From a virus: a stretch of DNA of 64,000 bases. The number at the start of each line of letters is the position of its first letter. Within the stretch, counting starts at the first letter, position 1. The DNA lies in the UHGV virus genome UHGV-1370141; one strand, written 5' to 3'. Both the position numbers and the translations under genes were made by a program. Shown here one piece after another: positions 29,389 through 37,737 of the stretch. Under the pieces are notes generated by a model. The model saw nothing but the letters and a program-made list of their open reading frames with translations. It was not told the origin of the DNA and did not search any database.

Positions 29389-29828
29389 TTCTGTTACCTC
29401 GTTCTGTTACTACTACTCGTTCTGTTGTACGTCGCTATACCCCGACGTGTGGGTTAATGGGACGCGTTGAACGTCTGTTGAGGCGCAGCAGGCAGTGGCA
29501 GCAATGACAGCAAGGGCAGCAATGGTACAAACGCCAACGCGAATAAAAAACGCTACTGTCACTGAACACAGCTTCAGAATACTGACAATAACGCAAAAAG
29601 GGTGTCGCTAACGGGTGTCGAGCCCCAGCCTCGGTGTGTAGCCACGTCACCAGGCATAGCGACAAAGTTCGGTACTGGTCAAACACAGCATGACATGGGA
29701 CGATGAAGGTTTACAGGTGATCATCGACCAGTACCGTCGAGTTAACACGTAACTCTCAATTCACATTACAGGGTATTCACGTTACACTTAGGGGAAATAC
29801 CCAATAATTAAATTCTTGGTGGGTGCAG

Positions 29829-29894
29829 GTGGGAGGTTTTATCCTCCCACCGTACAACCGTTTAGGTGGTCTAACCACCAGGGTCTCACGACCC
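29829..29894. other. cluster of three consecutive perfect stem-loops (structured RNA or processing site candidate)
   Basis: ggtgggagg-tttta-cctcccacc, ggtggt-ctaa-accacc, gggtc-tcac-gaccc; no flanking T-runs; non-coding context next to the tRNA-like element. Confidence 0.35.
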
Positions 29895-30042
29895 TAACGT
29901 AAGTCCGAACTTAATCGGTAGGTGTTTACACGTTTTTAAGGAGCTTTCTACCCGTGAGCAAGAGCAGAAGTTATCAGAACAACCGACGCTCAGTTGAAGG
30001 CTGACGAGTTTGTAACTCTTGTTCGATTGCTCTAATCTGGGC

Positions 30043-30115
30043 GACCAATGGCAGGATTCGAACCTGCGAAATAACCGATTATTAGTCGGGTGTTAATTCC
30101 TCTAACTTCAATGGT
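30043..30115 (-). tRNA. tRNA-like element (about 73 nt; anticodon uncertain, possibly pseudo-tRNA)
   Basis: Perfect T-arm GCAGG-TTCGAAT-CCTGC, 7-bp acceptor stem with one mismatch, anticodon-like stem-loop CCGA-CTAATAA-TCGG; D-arm weak and no encoded CCA. Hand-folded only. Confidence 0.4.
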
Positions 30116-30124
30116 CTAAATCCA

Positions 30125-30625
30125 TCAAAACAGCTTAAGTGATTGCGTTTGTCCGCCGCTGTACAGGTCGTAACGTTTCGCCACTTCCACCGCAGTGGGG
30201 GCGTCAACGCCAGCGCCTAATGCACCCAGGGCATAGTGAGCACCTGAGCCTATCGCATACGGTGGCTCTACAAACACGTAACTGGCGTATTTGTTGTCTT
30301 TGCACTTCGAGGCATCAATAACACGCCCGTCTGTCAAAACAGCAAGTACGATAAATTCAATCTGTTCGGGATACGTCGTTTCAAAACGAACCCCACCCCG
30401 TTCGATACCGCCGAAACGTTCAAGCGTGAGTTCTTGACGCACGGATTGCAATGCGGCGACATCACCTGCCAAACCAATCGCTTTCACGTCCTCACCCAAA
30501 AGCTTCCACGTCGTACCCTCAGGCGGCGTGTGAATCTTACGGTATTGCGTAGCAGCGCTTCGCTCTTCCACGGTGACTTGGCCATCGCAAGCTAACGTCT
30601 TTCCGTCAAAAACAATCGTGGTCAT
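30125..30625 (-). CDS. HslV-like peptidase (proteasome beta-type Ntn hydrolase)
   Basis: From the internal ATG: MTTIVFDGKTLACDGQVT resembles HslV MTTIVSVRRNG..IAGDGQ.T (Thr nucleophile after Met); YAIGSGAHYALGALGAG resembles IAIGSGGPYAQAAARAL. The track ORF 30125..30736 extends upstream, but the HslV-type N-terminus and the TAATG overlap with the upstream ORF favour the start at 30625. Confidence 0.6.
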   Translation of the reverse strand: MTTIVFDGKTLACDGQVTVEERSAATQYRKIHTPPEGTTWKLLGEDVKAIGLAGDVAALQSVRQELTLERFGGIERGGVRFETTYPEQIEFIVLAVLTDGRVIDASKCKDNKYASYVFVEPPYAIGSGAHYALGALGAGVDAPTAVEVAKRYDLYSGGQTQSLKLF

Positions 30626-30969
30626 TATGGCGAACCCCAATCCATGATGAACGTAGCCATGCACTGCTCGGCGTGTTTCATGATAGCTTTGTGCAAGCAT
30701 CTCTGAACCGCTGAGAACAGGTAAGGCCGATAACACACATGCGACTCCTTGGGAGACGGGGTGTGAGTAACCAACTGACCATCGGTGAGTTTAACACAAA
30801 CCGTAACAAGCTCTGTGTTTCGCCAATGGTTCACTGACACTGTCTCGATGCAGTTTAGCAGCGACGAATCATAACAACCCCAATTCTCGGGCGCTTTTAG
30901 CAGCCTGCCCAATTCATCGAGTCGGTACGGGACATTCGAACCGATGTTCGGAACGTCTTTGGAATCCAT
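30625..30969 (-). CDS. hypothetical protein, translationally coupled to the HslV-like gene
   Basis: Track ORF 30625..31065 starts with GTG and no SD; ATG at 30969 (M33) is preceded by AGGAGA; its stop overlaps the HslV-like start (TAATG). Confidence 0.45.
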   Translation of the reverse strand: MDSKDVPNIGSNVPYRLDELGRLLKAPENWGCYDSSLLNCIETVSVNHWRNTELVTVCVKLTDGQLVTHTPSPKESHVCYRPYLFSAVQRCLHKAIMKHAEQCMATFIMDWGSP

Positions 30970-31619
30970 ATTAAAATCTCCTGCCGTGGTTTGTGTCACA
31001 CCAACAGGAAACTCTGTAAAAAATAATTCAGCTGCGTACCGGCGTTTCTCAACGGGAGTACGCACCCCTCTCGTCTTTGCGAGCCGTCAAGCTAGAGGAC
31101 ATCACACTGCCAGCGCTACCTGGAGCAGGGTTGTTTCGACGCAACGTCGTAATTCGGATTCTGGCCGCACCTCTGGGAGCGCATCCCACCGTCGGCTGCC
31201 CGCAGGTAAGTTCTACGGACCTCTCGCCAACGTCGCCCCCAGAGGCTGCCACGGTTCACTCGGATTTTCTCATGTCGGCCACGCGTCGCTGATAGCGCGG
31301 CTTCCCCCAAACTTCGTAAGTCGCGGGAACGGTACCGAGCACCTGAATTCGTGGGGTTTACCAACCCCTGAGGTTTTTATCCGAAGTCACGGAAACCCCA
31401 TAGTAAAACAAACCGCCAGTGTTAGGCCGAACGTTTTGTTTTTCCCAGCACACGGTGAACTAAAATCCATGCACTTGAAAAAACACCCCTGGCCAATAAC
31501 CAACCAGGGGGTTCGAGCTCTGCTGAATCATCGCAGACAGTAATCGTGTTGAGCTGTGAGCAGTAATACCTGAACTCCGAAAAATCTTCGTGGTTGTAAA
31601 TCAACCCCACGCAAATCCT

Positions 31620-31857
31620 CCGAACATACCATAGGGTTTTAACGTTCGGAAAAGGGGAATGGGGGTTTACCCCTTGGGTCAGGTGTTCAGGATCTCCCCG
31701 GAAGGGTAACCCCTACCCGATCCCCCAGGTGGGGATTTTACCCTGGCGAATTACCCCGGGTACGATTTTCGGTTTTTCCGGAAAATACCGCTCACCGATC
31801 CCCACCCCCTCACCGGGGGTCAGAGCGAGATCAGATCTCATAATAAGGATCGCGCGC
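31620..31857. repeat. G-tract / C-tract rich structured flank of the AT-rich core
   Basis: Runs such as ggggaatgggggtttacccc, ccccggaagggtaacccctacccgatcccccaggtgggg, ccccaccccctcaccggggg; non-coding. Confidence 0.4.
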
Positions 31858-32270
31858 GTTTTATATATATTTATATATAATATATATTATATATAATAAT
31901 TATATTATTAATATATTTATTTAATATATTTATATTTATTAAAATAAATATATATTAAAATATATAATTAAATAATACCAAAAGGTATTATTATTTTGAT
32001 CCTAAAGGAATAATATATTTATAAATAAATATATTATACTATACGTGTGCGCACGCACACGCGTATAAGGAAGAGATCTTGAGATCAGGTTTTTGAGAGA
32101 GTTAAATTTTTAAGATCGATCCGAGAGACTTGAGGTCTCTCGAGAGTATTTAAAAAACCAAGCAAGATAACTACTCAACTTGAATCTTCAGTGTGTGAAG
32201 ATTCAAAACGTTGATCCAATCACTTGATCCGTTAGTACGCGAAGCGTGAATGTTTTTTTGATCGGCACGG
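31825..32270. promoter_or_regulatory. GATC-dense, palindrome-rich region around the AT core (candidate replication origin / DNA unwinding element)
   Basis: About 11 GATC sites in about 440 bp (expected 1-2), including agatcagatct, agatcttgagatcag, agatcgatcc; palindromes cgagagac-ttgag-gtctctcg and gaatcttca-gtgtg-tgaagattc. Confidence 0.4.
31858..32045. repeat. about 185-bp almost pure A/T tract (TATA/TAAT-rich) bounded by alternating GC elements
   Basis: tttatatatatttatatataatatatattatatataat... bounded by gatcgcgcgcg on the left and gtgtgcgcacgcacacgcg on the right; extreme compositional outlier in a ~48% GC genome. Confidence 0.8.
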
Positions 32271-32659
32271 CGGCTGGCCGTCGGGTGGCAGGGTCGGGTC
32301 TCACCCACCCCCGGCAAGGGGTCGTACGCTTTCTCAATCGCTCCACATCGCGCTAAACGGGGTCAGGTAACCCAAGTGTACTGGGTAGGGGTAAAAACCG
32401 CGTTAAAATCGTTTCTAGAGCGTTTTACGAAATCCGGTTAAAAAATCACCAACCGGATAGGGTTTCCAGAGACAATCCAGCACCCGGTTTTGGGGTTTGT
32501 TGCGGTTTGGGTTAAAATAAATTCTTCGACAGGGAATAAAACCCCGTCAAATTCTTCCTGAGAAGCTCTCTAACGAGAAAAACTCACCCAGGGTATACGA
32601 ACGTACCACCTCGACCTAAAAATGCGTTAGAATCGCTCTGAGGAGGTCGAAGTTTTTTT

Positions 32660-32711
32660 GGCAAAAAAAAAATAAAAAAAAACAGGTGGCCGAAGCCACC
32701 CGATATTTTTT
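32660..32711. terminator. bidirectional rho-independent terminator
   Basis: Hairpin ggtggc-cgaa-gccacc flanked by an about 20-nt A-run and an 8-nt T-run; immediately downstream of the 32712 gene on the minus strand. Confidence 0.6.
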
Positions 32712-33836
32712 TTACGGACAGACCTGTTCTTTCTGAGGGTAGTGCAGTTTTACCTCCAACAGGCTGTAGCCCGTGGCGTAGAAAATCTGACTCCCCACTG
32801 AAGCCACAAAGCCTTCAGGGTCAATCACCTCAACGGAGAAATCCGATTCGAAAAGCCAGGTTTCTTGCTTACCGTCTCGTTCGAATACCGCTGCATAGCG
32901 ACCGTACTCCGCACCCCGTCGGAAGCGGAAAAGCGTTAACCCTGTTTCACGTTCGTAACCGGAAATCACACCCCCTTCCTCGAAAATCTCGGCACGGTTA
33001 CAGCGGGTAACGGTCAATAACGCCGGTCGTTGTGTTGGAATGGTTTTGAACGGGGAAGGCCCTTCGTATGTCGTTGAGACCCAGTCTCCCATGTTGTCCA
33101 GCGCTAACGCTCGGTATGCGATAGGGGACTTGTAATTACACAGCCGATTCCCTTCCGTGTACATCGTGTATTCGATACGTAACGTCGTACCGACGATGTC
33201 TTCCAGGGAAAGTTTGTAGTGTTCTAACTGTGCCTGAATACGTCGTGAGAGTATCGTGCACAGGAAGGTGTGTCCTTCGGAAGAACGACAAACGATTCCG
33301 TAATCCGTTACGGCCAAAAGCGTCGCATCGGTTTTACGGACAGGTTCTAATCGGAATGTGTGTTCACCCGTTTCGATGATAAACTGGGAAACGGCTTGGT
33401 TACGGGATTTGACTTTAATCATGTCAAATACGTCACCGGCTTTTACGATTAATGGCTCAACAACGTTCACCTGGAAAGGCAAGGGTTTCGTGGGATACTG
33501 GCCTAGTGTGGTAATCGTTACCGAACTGAGTTCGGGGTCTGATGCGTCAGGGTCACTAGACAGCCAGTACGTTAACCACTTAGACAGCGTTTGTGGGATA
33601 ACACGGGTGGTGTAAAATAACACCTCGCCTTGTAACCCTGCTTCCGCCAGTTCTCGTGCTAAGAACGAGTTGACGGCGTCGTAAGTACCGTTACGCAGGA
33701 TGTCCATCCCACCGACTCTGTCCAGGTCACAAATCACGCCGTGAGGAAGCACCCACATCTTGACTTGTTGTTCGCGGTCGATGGTACCTTCACGCAACAT
33801 CTTGTGCCAAGCAGGTTTGCGCAGATAATTTCTCAT
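32712..33836 (-). CDS. hypothetical protein
   Basis: Track ORF 32712..33869 trimmed to the ATG at 33836 (M12), which is preceded by AAAGGAG; promoter motif upstream. Confidence 0.55.
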   Translation of the reverse strand: MRNYLRKPAWHKMLREGTIDREQQVKMWVLPHGVICDLDRVGGMDILRNGTYDAVNSFLARELAEAGLQGEVLFYTTRVIPQTLSKWLTYWLSSDPDASDPELSSVTITTLGQYPTKPLPFQVNVVEPLIVKAGDVFDMIKVKSRNQAVSQFIIETGEHTFRLEPVRKTDATLLAVTDYGIVCRSSEGHTFLCTILSRRIQAQLEHYKLSLEDIVGTTLRIEYTMYTEGNRLCNYKSPIAYRALALDNMGDWVSTTYEGPSPFKTIPTQRPALLTVTRCNRAEIFEEGGVISGYERETGLTLFRFRRGAEYGRYAAVFERDGKQETWLFESDFSVEVIDPEGFVASVGSQIFYATGYSLLEVKLHYPQKEQVCP

Positions 33837-33863
33837 GGTAAAAACTCCTTTAGGTAATAAGAC

Positions 33864-33888
33864 TCTCACTAGGATAATATCTATCCGT
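33864..33888 (-). promoter_or_regulatory. recurrent promoter-like motif (coding strand CGGATAGATATTATCCTAGTGAGAG)
   Basis: About 25 nt upstream of the SD of the 32712..33836 gene, in a divergent intergenic region. Approximate. Confidence 0.45.
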
Positions 33889-33908
33889 AATAATTTCGAG
33901 GTTCACTG

Positions 33909-35285
33909 ATGGCTGAACTGGTTTATGATTTTACCTCCGGTTGTTATCAAACCACCGGAACCCGCGTTGCTCAGGAATCGTTCGGTCACGACCCGTACTT
34001 CGACGACGCGGAAACCTCACCGGGTTTGTACTACGACTACGGTTTTGGTGGCTACGTACCGATGGGATTCTCCGTCGCTCACGAAGCCCGTCACGACGAC
34101 CGTTTACGTAAAGCGTTTGACAGCGTGTTTAACAAACTCGTGATTGATCGCAAGCTGGCGTCTAAGCTGCGTCACTACGTAAGCGGGATACTCTCTCGTG
34201 AAGGCAACGTGGAGTGGTTAGGGTCGAACCTCCTCGGTGTCCACAGCATTCGTTTTTTCGATTCTGACCGTAACCGTCTGTTCGATGAGGTGATTAACAT
34301 CGACGAAGACTATCTGTCAGAGTTGATTAAAGAGTCGCATTCCATCAATACCGATTGGCAGGTGGCGGGTGACACGTATAACCTGACCATCGTGTATCTG
34401 TTGCACCTGATGATTCCGAAGTTCGGTGACAAAGAGATTCTCGCTGCGGCTATCGACCTGGTGACGATTCTTCAGTTCAAATTTTACTCGAGTATTTACT
34501 ACCACTTCTTCCCGAAGCCGGTAGACTTACCTGCTGCCGAAGCCGCGTACTCGATGTTGTCGATGAAATTCGATATTCGTCGTTTAGGGAACTGGGGGTT
34601 GCACATGGCAGAACGTGCAACGTATTTCTGTTCTCCGGAATACCCTAACTACGATGCGGTAAAACGTTTCGATGCGCCGGATATGGTGTTGCGTTATATC
34701 ACCGACCTGAATACCCGTACGAAGCAAACCGTGAAAGACTACTACGCGGTGCTCGACCGTGTACGTCGTGAGAACGCTCGTGTGGTCAGCCAGTCGGCAC
34801 GTGTGGAATTAGACGGACAGTCGGTGATTCGTGACAAAGTCGGTGCGTTGGAAATCGCAAAACAGAACCTGTTTGATGCGTCTTACGATATCAACAATTT
34901 GTACAAAGAAGAGTTGGCGCGTGTGGTGCTGGAGATGGTACCGAAAGCGTCACCTGCGGCACTGAAAACGTTGCTGACGTATATCGCAGGACTCCCCATC
35001 GGGAAGAAACGTGATGAAGTTAACAGCATCATGGAAGACACGTTGTCTCACGCTTTTGACGAAATCGTTACCAACCGAATTAACTTCAATGATGCGGTCA
35101 CGGTATTACAGCGTATGCGTGCGTTGTACCAGGCGTCGAAATCGCCTAACCCGTATGTGTTGTCGTTGCGTTCTCGCATTGAGAAACTGGCAGCGAAAGA
35201 GACACACATTCGCCACGAGTCTGCGTTAGCTGCACTGCGTAACGCGCTACTGCTTTACTTCCTGATTCGTTCGTTACAGAAATAA
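33909..35285 (+). CDS. hypothetical protein
   Basis: 458-aa ORF with optimal codon usage (cgt, ctg rich); followed by a bidirectional terminator. Confidence 0.6.
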   Translation: MAELVYDFTSGCYQTTGTRVAQESFGHDPYFDDAETSPGLYYDYGFGGYVPMGFSVAHEARHDDRLRKAFDSVFNKLVIDRKLASKLRHYVSGILSREGNVEWLGSNLLGVHSIRFFDSDRNRLFDEVINIDEDYLSELIKESHSINTDWQVAGDTYNLTIVYLLHLMIPKFGDKEILAAAIDLVTILQFKFYSSIYYHFFPKPVDLPAAEAAYSMLSMKFDIRRLGNWGLHMAERATYFCSPEYPNYDAVKRFDAPDMVLRYITDLNTRTKQTVKDYYAVLDRVRRENARVVSQSARVELDGQSVIRDKVGALEIAKQNLFDASYDINNLYKEELARVVLEMVPKASPAALKTLLTYIAGLPIGKKRDEVNSIMEDTLSHAFDEIVTNRINFNDAVTVLQRMRALYQASKSPNPYVLSLRSRIEKLAAKETHIRHESALAALRNALLLYFLIRSLQK

Positions 35286-35335
35286 AAAAAGAGTTAGCCT
35301 GAGACCCCGGTGGGTCTCAGGCTAGTTTATTTTAA
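35284..35335. terminator. bidirectional rho-independent terminator
   Basis: 12-bp hairpin agcctgagaccc-cggt-gggtctcaggct flanked by A-run and T-run. Confidence 0.65.
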
Positions 35336-35341
35336 AAGGCT

Positions 35342-35581
35342 TCAATGGGCCCCGGATACCGCTAATAGGTGGATGGTGTACACCAAGTTTAGAGCGTAAG
35401 TCGTTGATGTCCCTGCCACCATTAATCCGAATACTGCTACCGCCTGCGCATACCGCGTCGTACGATGACACACACCGTGCGATGCACCGTATCGTTCTAT
35501 CGATTGGTAACTGTGTCTAATCATTTTGTACGTCGCGATCCACGAAAAGAACACGAGCAAATAGTAAATTGGAGCCATCAC
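35342..35581 (-). CDS. small hydrophobic (probably membrane) protein
   Basis: 79 aa with two hydrophobic segments (IYYLLVFFSWIATY, AVAVFGLMVAGTSTTYALNLVYTIHLLAV); start overlaps the terminase stop (ATGA). Confidence 0.4.
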   Translation of the reverse strand: MMAPIYYLLVFFSWIATYKMIRHSYQSIERYGASHGVCHRTTRYAQAVAVFGLMVAGTSTTYALNLVYTIHLLAVSGAH

Positions 35582-37686
35582 TTCATCCTCTGGCGTTGGA
35601 GAAGCTCTCTCAAGCTTTCCATTGACGCCACGTTTTGTGTATCAGTGTTAAGTTGAGAGATGAGGGCCTGAAGTCGGTTACGAGCGGCCATTGCTTGAAC
35701 CGGGTCGAGTAACCCGTGAGTCGTTCTCACTAACTGCTCAATTTCCCCCATCAGTTTTTGCTGTCGCGCTTCCTCTTCGAGCTGTAACTCTTCGTCCACC
35801 CCTTCCCGGTTTTCTGCCAAGTTACGATTACGCATCATCAATCGGCTGTTGTTGATCTCGTAATGTCCTAAGTTATTCCCAAGTAGCAATAACCACATCG
35901 CAAGTAACCAAGAAATCACAAGGTCATCGTGACCGGATGCTTTGTGGTCGATACGACCATTTTTCTCCACGAGGTTAAGAATTTGGTCGATGAGCTCTCC
36001 ACAACGGAGTTTATCGGCAGACAAGCGCAACGCGGTGGTGAATACCTCACCGTACAGTTTACGACGTTTCTCCTGGTCGGTTGAGAACCCGATGTATTTG
36101 CGGAATTTATTCCAGAATTTCTCTGCGCTCCCCACTGGGCCACGGTGATACTCTTTGTAGAGATCGTCCGTACGCGAGTAGTCCTGGGTGATTCGCACAA
36201 ACAAACGACGGTGTAAATCGGGTACCCGTGATTGCAATTGCAGGATAACCGCATCTGCAACGGATGAGCCTGTTGAGCGTCGTTCCAGAATCAGTACCGT
36301 GTTCGGATATCGCACCATAAAATCCGCTAAATGGATCGCGAACGAAATAACGTTGGATTCATTAACGGTAAGCTTACCGGCGTACTCGGCCGTGACTGAG
36401 TTGACGATGGACATGGCGATCGCATCTCGACCTACGGCTTCGGAGGTATCCAAACCGATGACATGACGATCTTTGAGTTTCATCATCATTTCTTCTTCGG
36501 TGTAGTACCAGTCGGTAACGTAGTTTTGTGGCGAGATATCTTTGAACACTGCACGCATTCGTGAAGCATTCATACGATCTGCATCTTCCGCTGAGAACGG
36601 CTTGTTCAGACCACCGGTCGTCCATTCGCCACCGAAGTCACGACGGATCTGGTCAGGGGTACCTTTGGCGTTCGCAATCATTGCCGCTAACTGTTCATCT
36701 GTGGTCCCGAGCTGACGGTGGTTGTACTTCACGTAGAACATGATACGTGGGACTTCTGCCGTGGAGTTAGAACGGATGATGTCAATGAGCTGTTTACGGG
36801 TTGGAATGTCGATATAGCGCTCATCCCACATAATCCCTGACGTCATCAGCTCGTACATGTACTTGCCTTCTTCCGTCGCTAAGTCACCAGGGGTTGTTGC
36901 GAATACGTTACCGTAAGGAACACCTTCCGCTTCGTTAATACGACGTGCCGCTGTACCGGATGCCAGCGCTGCCGGTAGAATGTGGTGTACGTTTTTGGTA
37001 AAGGGGCCTTCGTCCGAGAACAGACGACCAGCAGTAAGTCCACGACCGATACCGTTAGCGGACTCTGGGTCGTTTTGGCCGATACCTGTAATCAGTTTAT
37101 TACCCTGAGCTAAACACGCAAAGGTTTCTCGGTTATCTGGGTCATCAGGATGCGCTGGCCAGAGGTAACTCGGTAAACCGTTACGAAGTTGTTTCAGTTT
37201 GTTGATAGTTTCTTCACGCAGTGCCGGGCCTTTTGTGATAAGAATTGTTCGGGAGTTTTCTAAGAAACGAATCAACCACAGCAGTAAACCACTCATCCCG
37301 ACGGTTTTACCGTGCTGACGCAAGAACTCGACAGCAACGTCGATGTTGTTAAAGAAAATCCAGTACATCGAGAAGTTACCACGGTCGATACGGAACGGGG
37401 AACCGTACTTCATACCGTCCGCAGGCACCCTGACACATTCCCTGAACCAGTACCACGGGTTCTCAGCACATTCGATGGCGATGTATGCCTTCATCTGTTC
37501 TGAAAGGTTTTCATCGAACGGGTCTACGCCCTGCAACAGTGGGTTATGCAACGCCAGGTGAATATACCAGTGTTTGACACCCAGTTTTTTCAGTAAGTTA
37601 GCAAACTTGATAAAGGATTTGTTTGTTGTTTTATCGTCAACAATAGCGCCTGGATAATAACGCCAGTCCGATTCACGTAGTATCAT
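35578..37686 (-). CDS. terminase large subunit
   Basis: Deviant Walker A LRQHGKTVGMSG as in T4 gp17 (SRQLGKT); nuclease-domain-like IGLDTSEAVGRDAIAMSIV; 702 aa. Confidence 0.6.
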   Translation of the reverse strand: MILRESDWRYYPGAIVDDKTTNKSFIKFANLLKKLGVKHWYIHLALHNPLLQGVDPFDENLSEQMKAYIAIECAENPWYWFRECVRVPADGMKYGSPFRIDRGNFSMYWIFFNNIDVAVEFLRQHGKTVGMSGLLLWLIRFLENSRTILITKGPALREETINKLKQLRNGLPSYLWPAHPDDPDNRETFACLAQGNKLITGIGQNDPESANGIGRGLTAGRLFSDEGPFTKNVHHILPAALASGTAARRINEAEGVPYGNVFATTPGDLATEEGKYMYELMTSGIMWDERYIDIPTRKQLIDIIRSNSTAEVPRIMFYVKYNHRQLGTTDEQLAAMIANAKGTPDQIRRDFGGEWTTGGLNKPFSAEDADRMNASRMRAVFKDISPQNYVTDWYYTEEEMMMKLKDRHVIGLDTSEAVGRDAIAMSIVNSVTAEYAGKLTVNESNVISFAIHLADFMVRYPNTVLILERRSTGSSVADAVILQLQSRVPDLHRRLFVRITQDYSRTDDLYKEYHRGPVGSAEKFWNKFRKYIGFSTDQEKRRKLYGEVFTTALRLSADKLRCGELIDQILNLVEKNGRIDHKASGHDDLVISWLLAMWLLLLGNNLGHYEINNSRLMMRNRNLAENREGVDEELQLEEEARQQKLMGEIEQLVRTTHGLLDPVQAMAARNRLQALISQLNTDTQNVASMESLRELLQRQRMK

Positions 37687-37698
37687 ACAGACTCCTAA

Positions 37699-37737
37699 CC
37701 TCCTACCCTTGCGGGTAGGAGGTCTTTTATTTTTTAT
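37699..37737 (+). terminator. hairpin with T-run in plus orientation, between two minus-strand genes
   Basis: cctcctaccc-ttgc-gggtaggagg followed by TCTTTTATTTTTTATT; sits just upstream of the terminase SD on the opposite strand. Confidence 0.4.

Noticed and set aside
29435-29686. 83-aa Cys-rich ORF (CCPCCHCCHCLL)
   Set aside because: Falls in a non-coding stretch with short direct repeats (gcagcaatg-like); Cys and His residues derive from repeated TGC/CAC triplets; no SD or promoter motif.
30944-31543. 199-aa plus-strand ORF in the structured non-coding locus
   Set aside because: Arg/Ser/Gly-rich translation of GC-rich hairpin-forming sequence; overlaps the HslV-coupled ORF on the other strand and has no translation signals.
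31858-32045. AT-rich tract as a CRISPR array or simple tandem repeat
   Set aside because: No regular repeat-spacer periodicity; it is irregular TA/TAAT-rich sequence, so it was reported as an AT-rich core, not a CRISPR or satellite.
29400-32700. tRNA-like element plus non-coding island as a prophage or integrative-element boundary
   Set aside because: No integrase, recombinase or direct-repeat att pair is visible, and flanking genes on both sides are phage-like, so this is treated as an internal regulatory or origin locus.
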